DNA from: Heteronotia binoei | Taxonomy: Eukaryota | NCBI RefSeq assembly: GCF_032191835.1 | Contig: NC_083239.1 | Coordinates: 23,994,001-24,058,000, forward strand | Direction of reading: 5' to 3' | Length of the DNA stretch: 64,000 bases | Program-made: the position numbers and the translations under genes | Shown: positions 30,106-42,200 of the stretch, in pieces | Layout: each line of letters starts with the position of its first letter | Numbering within the stretch: position 1 is the first letter of the stretch | The notes under the pieces: model-generated | Database searches by the model: none | Seen by the model: the letters and a program-made list of their open reading frames with translations, nothing else | Told to the model about the DNA's origin: nothing

Positions 30106-33100
30106 TCATGTTGATTCTTCCTCCTCTTCCTCCTCCTCCTCCTCCTTTTTCTGGTCCACCTCGGAGGTGTCTGATGATTCGTGTAAGAGGACATACTCCC
30201 TGCTGCTGAATCCAAATTTCAGGACATCCTTCTCTTTCAGTTCATAGTACCGTTGAGGCTCAATGCGCTGGTTGTTCAGAAATGTGCCATTGCCTGAGCC
30301 AAGGTCAATGATGTAGGGTTTGACCTTCCGACCTGTTGTGCCATCAGGGCGAGTATACTCCACGAGCCTGGCCCAAAACAGATTCATGGTAGTTAGCAGC
30401 ATATATACTAGATGAACAGCTGTGTCATACACACACACACACCTCTGCATCAGCATATCTGGAAGTATGACACCACACCAGGTCTTTGGGTGGAGTCCAC
30501 TGCCATGCCTCCTCACAAGCTCACCTCCCCATCAGCCAGAGCAGTTAGGGAAAGCTACATGAGCAGTGGGGGATTGGAAAATGAGAAAGTAGGTGAGGGA
30601 AGGATGAATGGCTAGGCAGTGGTGGGAGGGCACAGGTCAGCAGGGAGGTGTAAGTGGGGAAAGGCACAATGGCAAGCATAGAAGGGGAGGCACCCTGGGC
30701 CTAATGAAAGTTTGAATGAAACTCTGCTCTAAACATTGCATTACTTCCTTGATTCCATAGCCACCCACAGGAACATGAGCTTGTGAGCCTAAGCTTCCTT
30801 TCATAAAAGACGTTACCTAGATCCCATGTTATGTTAACTGATAAACTCCAAAACAAGTTGCCTCCCAACGTTCCATTTTGATGTGATGTTAGCCCACTTA
30901 AGAGGAGCTCATTCACCTGAATTGTATACACCATTAGGGTCACCCCGCACTCACCATCCTATCTCATAAAAAGAAACAGAACAGGAAGACAACTAGCTGA
31001 GGAAACTAGAAGTGCTTTAAATGGGAAGCAAGGTGAGAGAGGGACATGGCAGGCAGAAAGTTTTCAAATAAAGACACACTCAGTAAGACAGACTGATAAC
31101 TAAGAAAAACAAAGTAGTATGGTCAAAGTGACAGAACAAAATATGTTGTCTGGGGAAAAGACAAGAAATTATATCTACAAGCTCCATGCTAGACCAGTGG
31201 TCTTCAACCAGGGGTGTGTAACTCACCAGTGCAATGCAGACAAAACATGCAGTTTTCATTACCGTTTTCGCACACAGCTTACCTCGCAGTCACAATCCTG
31301 TTCCCTCCGCAACGTCCGGATGGATTTTCCACTATCTGCGCCGAAGTTACAGGAAGTGCTGCGGCTTCTGTGTAGCAAATGTAAACCGCTAAAACCCAGT
31401 TTACGTTTGCTACGCAAAAGCCGCAGCACTTCCTGTAACTCCAGCGCAGATGGTGGGAAATCCAACAGACGCTGCGGAGGGAACAGGATTGTGACTGCGA
31501 GGTAAGCTATGTGCGAAAACGGTCCATAACAATTACTAAGAATTTACTCTTCCACAATCCCCATGTTCACCTGCAAGTCATCTCCTGGCAATCCTACCAG
31601 CCAAAGATTATTCACCTACGGTCTTTTGGCAGGCTAATAACAATTTTGGGCATTTGGCAGATCTTTTATCAACCACTCTTGCTGCCCACTAACAAGTGTC
31701 TTTAATGTATTGCTTTCTGCAAATGATACCTGCCATGAAATACTTCTGCTGTTTATTTACCTTAAATGATAAGAACAATAACAGAACACCTATAAATATA
31801 TAAACGTCCTCGATGGGAAAGTGGGCCTTTTTGTTTCTATTATGGTGAGACCCAGGATCTGTGATAGAGTAATTACACAGGAAACAAAAGATTGAGAACT
31901 ACAACTCTGGAACACTCCATATCGCAGAGATTCCTGACAACACACAATGCATGCTAAATGACTGATCTCAAACTAAGGGTCATTTATAGTATACTCTCTA
32001 GCATATAAGCCATGACTTACCGGTACTGAAAGACAGCATGCTGTTTGGAACAGGAGGGATGGTCAATAGGAATATCAGCAATGCGTCTGTGTCTGCCTAG
32101 TAAATAGGCACTCTGCCTGTGAATGTACATGACTGGAAGAACCTCATCATTCTTAAAAGGATAGAGGCGCCACCGCTTCTTTGGGATACGCGCTTCAGGA
32201 GGCTCAGTGTACTTTATTACCACTCCACGGAAAGTGTTGGTGTCCTCCAAAAGCGCACCAGACAGTTCAAAGCTTGGTTTTTCTTTATTCTCTGGTTCTT
32301 TTTCTGTGTTCTTGCTACCTGGCCTCCCTGTGTTTCTATTCTCCTCATCACCACTTGCTTCCAACAGCTGACGATGTTCACGCCGTCGTTCATTGTAAAA
32401 CTCCCTCTGTGCTTGCTGCTCCTGGAGATGATGATCACCTTCCCTTTCACGGCTCCCAGGGCGTTCTCTATGGGATTTCCGTCGGCTTGAATGGTCCCGG
32501 TGTCTACCCCTATCTCCACTTCTCCCCCCTCTATGCTCCAACTCAGAATGGTCCCGATGCTGACGTTCCTCATGCCCCCTTCGGGAGTGATCCTGACGCT
32601 CCTGCAAAAGAAAAAAAAATCAAATCAAATATGGAGACAAAAATGCATGTTTTCAAGTATGTTTTCTAGGATCACACAATTCAATTAATCATTGTAACAT
32701 ATTGTCATGTAGAAAAGGACAAATCAATTTAGTTTTAATTAGAAATTCCTATTAAGCCACAAACCTCAAGACAATGGTTCTTTACCTTTTTGATATGGTG
32801 ACCCAGGATTCCAAATTTATACAGTGACCTATCCAGGGCTGGCCGAAGGTTTTATACTGTGGCCTTTACACCCAACTATTCCAACATTTCAGTTTCTACA
32901 GTGCCCAACCATATGTTTGAGAAACCAACAAACATCACATAAAGGATGCAGCAGCTCCTACTATGAACTCCAACCAAGTGAAAGTTCATTTCCTCCTCCT
33001 CTGCAAGCTGGATCAGAGGAGTCTGAAGAGGCAAGCTTGTGGGGCACTGGTTTGAGAAAGCATGTAAAGATGCCAGTGAAGTGGTTGGCAGCAAGGGACT

Positions 33101-34787
33101 TGGTGTAGTACATCTCTCAGAGAGCAGCGTGCAACTGCATGGGGCAGGACAAGAGGCTGGGCTGCTGAAGAACAGCATCAAGACAGAGCCCACACACACA
33201 CACACATGCCTCTTTGTATTCTCCTGAGGTTTTTTCCATGACATGATGAACAGTTCCAATCTACTTTTCAACTTCCCCCACCCTTCTTTCAGCTACTACC
33301 ATGAAGCTACTACTTTCCAGACAGCTTTCTTCCACTCATTATTGTCACAAAGAAGGAGAGGAAAATAAGCATGCGAGAAATTGATAAAGAGGAAAGAAAG
33401 ACAAGGATGCAAAGGGCTGGAGCTGCCATTAGAGAGGCTTTGTGCACTACTTTTAAATCCCAACAAGAAGACTAGGAAACAGTGCCCTAAGGGAATCAAG
33501 GATATTACATACTTCACAAATATGCTGAGCAGTTTTCCTCCTCTTTTTAAATTGTTACATAATACACTACCACCTTCATTCTGAATCCTTCAAAAGTGCT
33601 GACACGTAATTATTTAACAATATTTAACAATCGATGAGTATAACATTAATAACTGACTAACATATAACTTGAGATATCACTTCTTTTCTGCACAGTAAGA
33701 GTAACATTTAAGAAGTACTTAATGGATACACTATTTTGTTAAAAATTCTGACATAAGCCTGTTATTAGTTTTGTTAACAATAATATCTTGCTTTATAACC
33801 AAGTATAAGTTCTTAAAATAGTTCAGAGGACAATTAAAACTTCAATGAAAGTGATCCTTAGTGATGGAAGCGTCAGCTGGCTGCTTCCTGCCTCTCTAAT
33901 GGCCTCATCAAAAACAGACAGAGCAGCATCCAGGCACAATGCAGGATTATCTGGCTGCTTCATCTCATGAGAAGTGGCCTCTCCTCTGGCCTCCTCCATC
34001 AGCCTCCGCATGTAACAACCTAATCCATTCTAATTCTTTACACAGAGACTCCCATCTGATATATACCGCCAGGCCTCTCTCTATCCCCAATACCCCCACC
34101 CCATAATTCTCCTGGAAAAAATGAGGAAAGTGACTTCTTTTTCATCACATCTGAGTCACAGAGTAAGCCTTTAAGTTGCTGCGGGGCTCCTCTCTCCTGG
34201 CTCTTATTTTTCCCATAAAGTTCCCTTAAGACCACCAAATGAGCCTAGCAGAGCCAAGAACTGATGCAGGGCACACTAGAACTACAATTCCTCTCTCTCA
34301 TCCACCACGCTCTTTCTACCTACCATCCTCCGATCCACCAAAATCCTCCCCACCGCACCCTTCAGAATGGCCGCTCACCTGCTTTATTTTGCCGATTACT
34401 TGGCGGGGGCTTCGACTCCTCTTCCGTTTTTTATTCGAGGACTTGCTCTTCTTTTTTGAAGCCACTCTGTAAAAAAAAATAGAGCATCAACTCAGTAGAG
34501 CAGGAAAAGGGACGATACCCTGCGGCGAAGAGCGTCCAGGAGGCTAAGGACAAAAGGCTCACGACCCAGCACACGGATTGCGAAGCTATCGGCCCGGAAG
34601 GGCACAGCTAGCCCGTCGGAGGCGGAACAGAGGCCTGACCGCGAAGAGGAGAAGGAAGCGGCGGCAAGAGGAGAAGGCTTTGCTCAGGAGAAGGGGAGCC
34701 TTACCTGGCATCCTCTGGCGGGCTAGGCGGCGAGCGGCTTCCGCGGGGGCTCCGCTTCCTGCGCCGCCGGCGCTCCGGTTCCTCCAT
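30106..34787 (-). CDS. SNIP1: Smad nuclear-interacting protein 1 (FHA domain, RES complex), 337 aa
   Basis: Exons 34787-34705 (MEEPERRRRRKRSPRGSRSPPSPPEDA), 34466-34379, 32601-32021 (KEKPSFELSGALLEDTNTFRGVVIKY..HRQSAYLLGRHRRIADIPIDHPSCSKQHAVFQYR), 30367-30106 (LVEYTRPDG..IIDLGSGNGTFLN..EEEST*). Phases 2,0,2 are consistent; total 1014 nt. Confidence 0.95.
31261..31523. mobile_element. CpG-rich palindromic MITE (possibly PIF/Harbinger type) in SNIP1 intron 3
   Basis: Arms accgttttcgcacacagcttacctcgcag... / ...ctgcgaggtaagctatgtgcgaaaacggt are complementary over about 125 bp, with a 12-nt central loop. TSD not resolved. Confidence 0.8.
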
Positions 34788-35298
34788 GGCGCCCACCCGC
34801 TTGCCGACTCCAAGCTTCGCTTTCCGTGACTACCCGGAAGCACTTCTGATTTCCCTCAGGGCCGTTTACGCCTCTAGGAGGAGACCTGAGCGGAGCCAAT
34901 GAAGGCTCTTCCTTCGGTGGTAGGCGGGACTTCCTGGTCAGCCGGTTTTCCGGTTGTAGCGGCTGCTTTGCAAGCGGGCTGAACGACATGAAACGGGGCT
35001 CGGAAGGCTTCTGGGACTGGGATGCTGCGCTGAGGGCGAGGCATGAGGAAAAGAACAGAGCTTGCGTTTAACAGCCTTGTGAAGTAGGCTGTTCTCAGTC
35101 CCCACAGAGCCTAGAACGGGTGACGTGATCTCTGTCCAGCTGCGCGCGTGCCTGCTCCCGGCGCCGCTTTAGTGCGCAAGCGCCGCGGGCGGCCTATGTC
35201 ATGTAGCTCCGGCGGAGCATCTTTGTCGCCATGGCAACGGCAGCACAACAGGCTCCGCGCCGAAGGCCGGGCCTAGCAGAGACCACACCAGAGCCGTC
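34788..35298. promoter_or_regulatory. SNIP1/DNALI1 bidirectional CpG-island promoter
   Basis: Start codons are about 510 bp apart and divergent. ETS-like ccggaag, TGACGT 35121-35126, NRF1-like tgcgcaagcgc 35173-35183. Confidence 0.85.
35225..35238. promoter_or_regulatory. RFX X-box
   Basis: GTCGCC-AT-GGCAAC fits GTNRCC(N0-3)RGYAAC and lies 60 bp upstream of the ATG of a motile-cilia gene. Confidence 0.8.
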
Positions 35299-38294
35299 AT
35301 GATCCCGCCCGCGGACTCGCTGCTCCGTTATGAGACGCCGGTGCTGGTGAGCCGCAACACCGAGAAGCGGTCGCCCAAGGTAGGTGGGGAGCGGGACGGG
35401 GGAGGAAAACAGTGAGCACCGCCTCGGGAGCGCCGCCGGCCTGACTCCTCTTCCGCCCTCTCCGCAGGCCCGGCCGCTGAAAGCCAGCCCGCAGCTGCTG
35501 CCGCCCCCCGGGCCAGTCCCTCCTACCAAGGGCAAGGTGCCGTCGCCCACCGTAGATCCTAGCAAGCAAGCGGAAGAAATCCTCAATGCCATCCTGCCGC
35601 CCAGGTGAGCCCCGGGATAGGTGAGAGGTGCAAAGGAGACAGGCTGTGCTGGGGTGGGGAGAGCACAGCCATCCTGCATCTTTCCTCTATCTTCTTGCTT
35701 CCCTGTAGAGAATGGGTGGAGGAGAACCAGCTATGGATCCAACAGGTGTCGAGCACCCCCAGCACACGCATGGATGTGGTGCATCTGCAAGAGCAACTGG
35801 ACCTCAAGCTCCAGCAGCGCCAAGCCCGGGAGACGGGCATTTGCCCTGTGCGGCGGGAGCTCTACTCTCAGTGCTTCGGTGAGTGTGGGAGGGCCAAGTT
35901 TCTTTACCTCCTTCCCTTGGGCCGAGGTACACCTCACTTGTTCCACATGTACTCTTCAGAAAGGAAAAAAGGCTTAATTCCCACTGCTCTCCTTTTCTGG
36001 GTTTTGCATCGTCTTCACAGCATTTGGCTATTGAACAGCTTCAGAGCATCTTAACCACATTTAAGGATATTGAGGTGAAGGGGGTAATGCCATGGTTCCC
36101 TTACATTTCTCCTGCAAGCATAACCACTGCTGGACTGGAAAACAGCCTGTACTTTGCTCCAGTGTTACAGGAGACATACACCACTCTTGGGTTAAGTACT
36201 CCTGGGCTCTGAGGTTACCCTGAGCATCTGCTTAAGCTTTACTTTGTGGTGGAAGGCATGAAAGAAGACAGGTGACATACAGGCTGCAGGCTCGGCACTC
36301 TTGCACACAGCCTGATGGTTAGCTCTCTGCTTCCAGATGAGCTGATACGGCAGGTGACCATCAACTGTGCCGAGCGGGGACTTCTGCTGCTGCGTGTGCG
36401 GGATGAGATCCGGATGACAATAGCAGCCTATCAGACTCTGTATGAGAGCAGCGTTGCATTCGGCATGCGGAAGGCGCTACAAGCTGAGCAGGGCAAATCA
36501 GATATGGAAAGAAAAGTAAGTGGGTCCATCTACAGGCACACCCCTAGAGGAAAGCATTCAAAAGGCTGAATTCTGCTATTGCCCATGAACTCAATAGCCA
36601 TGTATCTTTCAAGCAACTAAAAAAGGAACAGGCCCCTTAATGCAGATAATACAAAAGAAGAGGGATGCAAGGAAGGAAATATTGTGGGGACTTAATAGAA
36701 AAGTATTGAAACTGCTTGGGAACACTATATACAGAAGATAGGAAAACCAGCTAGATGCAGTTTAACCTCTGAGCTGAAACTTAACCAGGAGAGGTCCTGG
36801 AGACTCACTCCGCATTCTGACCTCTGTGATTAGTTGCTAGGTACAGTTGCAAATCTGAGATTAAGTCTATAGCATTGAAAATTTGGGGACATTATTGTTA
36901 GAGCTCACTTGTTCCACAGCTGTACATCAAATTCAGGACTTAGATTCAGTCGCTTGTCTTTAGCAATTCATGTCCAGGAACATGTGTGTGTTTTCTATTT
37001 AATTTGAAGAAAGGTCTGAAAAGTATTTAATACTGAAACAAGTATATACAGTCTGAAGTTTTGTCATGTTTTCATATTCTCCATGTATATGGCATTCACA
37101 AAACAGATCTTGTATTCTTTTAATTTAGCCTATACATGCATAGGTATCTTTTGTCAACACATTTGGCAAGAAAAGAATTGCCAAGCTTGATAAAACAATG
37201 GTCAGAGTTGCAGCCTGGAGTAGGTGGCCTTAAAGATACCTCCAGGGGACCTTGCATAAAACAGGGTATTTCTTTTCAGTGCTTACTTGACTGATAAAAC
37301 AAAATTTTCCATCCCAAGATTGCAGAGTTAGAAGATGAGAAGAAAGAATTGGAGCGGCAAGTAAATGAACAGAAGGCCAAATGTGAAGCCATTGAAAAAC
37401 GAGAGCTTGAACGGCGGCAGGTGGAGGAGAAGAAGCACACTGAGGAAGTCCAATTCCTTAAGCGGACCAATCAACAACTTAAGGTTAGTGGAAGAGAAGG
37501 AAACAAGTCTATAGGGAGGCATCTTTTATGTCCTGAGTAGGGCAAGGAAGACTAGTTATTTAAAGCCACAATGGAGGCTGGAAGTGGTCCTGGAGGCTTA
37601 GACATGTGCCCCCCCCCTCCCTCAGGGACTATTGGTGCATGCTTGTTTCAAGGTCTGTGGGGGTGCTCCATGTACTTAGGGAATTGTTTCTTCCCCAGAT
37701 CAGATTGGCTGCTACACCTGAGCTCTACTGCTGAGAAAAGGGTGTCTTGTGGGAAAGAGCTGGGTTTATTTTATCACATTTTTGCTCCAAAGAAAAGAGC
37801 CTAGCAAGCTACTCCAGTTTGACATTTACTAAGCTGCTCTCCTTGCACAGCAGCCACCCCTCTCCTTTTTCATTGCCTGGGCATTGAGTTGTTGCAGCCC
37901 CTGAGTTGCTGTTCTCAGGCAATGGTTTCGCAGCCAGGTTTAGGAGTGCAGAATGTAAACTACCATTTCAGCAGCTTTGATTCAGTTTCCTCTTTAGTAC
38001 TTTACATTACAAAACTTGAGATTCATTGCCAGGAAATGGTGCCAGTTCTCCACTTGCTTCTTATAACACAACAGATCTACATGCCAAGAATGAGAGTAAC
38101 TAATTTTTTAAATATGGGAAACAGAATGTAAGAATCAACACAGTCTCCTGGCTAGTGCCTTTCTCAAGTACTGCGGCAGCCAATCACACATCTATAAAAA
38201 CTAGAAGTGAGAGCTCTTTAACAAGTATGGTTTTTTTTCTTCTCATTTTCTAATTCAGGCACAGCTCGAAGGCATCATTGCTCCGAAGAAGTAA
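35299..38294 (+). CDS. DNALI1: Axonemal dynein light intermediate chain 1 (p28), 255 aa
   Basis: Exons 35299-35379 (MIPPADSLLRYETPVLVSRNTEKRSPK), 35468-35604, 35709-35878 (REWVEENQLWIQQVSSTPSTRMDV..RQARETGICPVRRELYSQCF), 36337-36515, 37319-37483, 38259-38294 (AQLEGIIAPKK*); total 768 nt. Confidence 0.96.
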
Positions 38295-38463
38295 AATTTC
38301 CAGTCATCTCTCAAGCAAGAACTCATATGCTTTGGGCCTTTTCTCTCAGATCACAATGATTGGAAATGTTTCGTACAAATATATATATATTTTTGTGGGG
38401 GCAGAATGCTGGGCAGGTCTCAGCCTTGACACTTAGGCAAAGGCCTGTTTGGATTTGTAAGAG

Positions 38464-38469
38464 AATAAA
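38464..38469 (+). terminator. Probable DNALI1 polyA signal
   Basis: AATAAA about 170 nt after the stop codon. Confidence 0.55.
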
Positions 38470-39264
38470 TTGGAATTCTGAAACACTTGGGAAGACAAGC
38501 TCTCTACATTCCCTGCCTACTTGTGCTTGTTCTGCCTGTTTCCCCATTTGCTCTGTGAGCTTTTCAGCAAGGAGCTTAAGTGGATGGCTGCAGGGTGAGT
38601 TAGACATATACAATGACTGGAAGAGTTTGAGGCCAATACCAATTTCACAGATAACACTAGCTCTTCTGTTAGGGCTGCCTACAAGTATTGTCATTTAAAA
38701 CAGTGTTCCATGGTAAAGCCATGGAAACAGCTGCCTGTGGATTCACTGCATAATACATTTAGCTAATCTGAACCGGAAATACCCTGGAATGGGGAAAGAA
38801 TTTGATAACACCACCCCCCCACCAAAAAAAAAAGGATGTGTAATTTTCACTAATCCATTTATGGGTTTTTCCCTATTACGCTAATTTCCAAAAATAAGTC
38901 CAGTAGCTAAACTTTTGGTTTGTAGGTGGCCTTCTTATGTTGGTTCCTGGAGCACTTGGCTCATGAGGCTACTTTGAGATCAGAACCTGTACATTCACCC
39001 TGAGCCTGGAAGTTGACAATTTAAACAAGTGTAAATGCAAGGTAGCTGATTTTCTGATTAATGCAGGTGAAGGATTAGTGCCCACGCTGAGGCAACAGTA
39101 AAGGCACAACTCTCCTACAGTGGCTAAGCTTGGAAAGAGCTATGATTCCTTCAGCCTAGCAGGCTAAAGGAAAAATCATGCACCTTACTTGCTATGTAAC
39201 TCTTTACACACCACAGTTCTGGCAATATGCAACCAACACTTCATGCTGTTCACAAAAGAAGAAA

Positions 39265-42200
39265 CTACTGCTTGCATTTATTTCTGTTTGGTTTCGGTAT
39301 CTGACTTTCTGCATTACACTGCTTCTTGTGCCGGTTTCTGTTTTTGACATTGTGAGTGTCATAATAACGGACACCAATTTTCTTGGGCCGCTGCTGCCGC
39401 TGCTCTGCTCTCCGCTGCAAAAAAAAAATCACACATTCATTTTAAGCTAGAAAGCCTAACTGAAAAAGACACAACCTAGGCTGCTGCAAGTGCACAGAAG
39501 AGCTCCTCCCCTCCCCCCTTATGCTCCCTAACAGGAAGAAGAAAGGCTTATTAGCAGAATAATCCTACATACGTGAAGCCTCCCCAAGGCCTAGATCTGG
39601 TAGTTAGCCTGGAAGAGTAGCAATCAAGTGTCTCAGGGCTTCTAAGATGGTTATTATCACTTCTTACCTTCTTGGAACTTGGTTTCTTGCAAGGCTTCTT
39701 AACCTGATGAGCATCAGTCTCTTCCTCCTCCTCTTCTTGAATCCTCCTCTTCCCAGCATTCCTCTGGCTCCCTGAAAGCAGTATTTCAAAAACTGTCTGG
39801 CAAAAGCCTTTGAAGCACCAGCCTCTGATAAGATAAATGGCCTGGGCTTTCCCAGAAAATCAGACACACCAAGATGTTGCTGCTATGTGCCAAGCAGCCT
39901 CACGTGTCAATGAGCCTGGGGAGCTTCCCACCAAGGTTTACACTACAACATATCCAAGTATACATCACTTGACACACAACCTGCTCTCAATTCAAAGTAA
40001 CAAGAGCCAGAGACAGCTCACTACCATTTGCAAAGGGTTAAAAACTCACTGAAAAGACCCACTTACTGAGAATGCATTTGCAAAAGCTAAGCATTTATAG
40101 TCACCCATATCTCTGCCCACATCAGCTTGCTGCATGCAGTTTGCTTTCATTCCCTTTTCCTCACACTCCTGGTCCTTGTTGCCATTATTACACAATCTGC
40201 CAACCTCTTCCGAATTTCCTCACCATCACAGAGGGAGCAGCCATTCTCCCAGCCCTCTTTCTCATGGCTTTCAGCTATTTTTCATCTTAACATGGTTCTC
40301 CCCCACCCTGACATGGCTGCTATAGTTGTCCCCTTTTGGAGAGCTTTCTTATTCCTTAGCCCAGAGTGGGGGCCTTGACTGCATTTCTGGATCTGCCAGT
40401 TCCTCCTGTGCTCTCAACATTTGGGCTCAGTGTGGTTGGCTGGTAGAGGCATCCAACACCCATGCTCAGCCTTAGCCCTAGATTGTGGTCTGTGCCAGGA
40501 CATTCCTTGCACGTATCACGCCCCCTCCCCCCAGGCTCCGGAAAGATGGAAAGGGGGTTACAAAGGCCAGCCTTGGAAGTTCAAGGCTGTCCAACTCTGG
40601 TCCCCTCTATTACTTTATGCTGCAGTCTTGTATGGCTTCTACCTCCCACTCTTACTTAATGCCAGGAATGCATCATCTTCCCCTTGGACAATATCCCCAC
40701 TCACTCAGATTCATCTCTCCTCCCGTGCCCCCCGCCTTTCACTCTGCACACTAGGATCGAGTCCCATGGAGAAATTGGAATAAGCAGAGCCCTCTCATGT
40801 CTTCCTGCCTCCCTGCTTTTGTTTTTTCTCTTGCCTCAAATTTTAGGTTGTGGGGAATGTTCCCTCTAAGCTGCAAAGTCTTGTGAGGAAAAAATCTACT
40901 TTGTGAGCTACTGGCATTAGTGAGCAACTGCATAAATTTTTGTGCTCTTGGGTCATCCTTTCTGAGCTAAGACAAAAATGTGTGAGCTGGATGCTAATAT
41001 TCTGTGAGCAAACTCATGGTAACTCAGCTTAGAGGGAACACATTGGTTGTGGGTAGTCTCAAATGCACTTCCTTGGCATGGAATGAGGTGCGGGGGGGGG
41101 GGGTAGAATCACTGGTGGTTGCAGAGTAGAAAGGCAACACATAGGCTGGATGTACCGCCAGGAGCCCTGTACCCACCCAGGTCCTAGAGCCAACTCACCT
41201 CCAGTGTTGCCATTCGCAGCAGTTGCCAAAGCATTTGTCTGACACTTTGCAAAGACTTTTTCACTGAGCCCTTTTGGGATTCTGCAATGCAAAGAGCAAA
41301 GGAGTCATTGGAAGTCTTGCCAAGTCCTGTTGCTGTCCCTCCACCTCAAGCATTCAGCCTTTGTCCCCCATTCTGTTGACTGCACTGATTTACACTCTGT
41401 AATCCACCTTGAGTCTCAGCAAGAAATACAGACTATAACATAAAATAAATATGGTCTGCTTACACAACAGATGGATGCAACAGAAATCCAGCCATGGGGT
41501 TTGGACTCAGTAGCAGGGTCAGATCTACATATATTTTGAGAGGGGGGCAAAAGTAAAAAATGGCGCCCCCTTATATTTTTTCTTTATACACACACAATAT
41601 ATACACACATACACACACCGTGGCATAACAGAGTCCTGCCAAAACTGAAGCCCTTTTCTATTATTTCAGCAGGAAAGATAAGCACTCACTGAAATGATCC
41701 ACTGAAATCAGTAGGATTCAGTGTGCTTATTTTGACTGATGCATTATGGTGCTTGGGGTGCAGCAGTACATTAAAGATTAAGAACCACTGCAAATTATTC
41801 ATGCTCCTGATATTCAATTACAAAAAAGCCAATCTGAATCCAAAAATCTAAGAGAGATTCCAGGTCATGTTTGAGCCCAATCCCTTGGGAAACTGGGCTT
41901 TGCTCCTTTGAATACCTACCTACTCTTCCCCTTCCCCCATGCTAACTGCGGCTTTGAATAAAACTTGGTTGGTCTTAAAGATGCAACTTGACTCTTGCTT
42001 TATTCTACTGCTTCAGACCAGCACGGCTGCCCACCTGGATCTATCTGTGACTCTTAAAGCGGGTGCTAAGAAAAGTGGGAGCAGCAGCTTCACACACCAT
42101 GGGGGGGCAACAGGAGGAGGAGGAAGAGAAGGGAGAGAGAATGTGTGTGTATCTGTGTGTGTTACAAAGCAGGTTGGACGAGGAGAGAGAAAAGGCAGCA

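Noticed and set aside
33823-34011. Protein-like 62-aa ORF in SNIP1 intron 2
   Set aside because: The nearest AG has no pyrimidine tract, the frame is incompatible with the phase-0 intron (early stop), and I recognise no homology.
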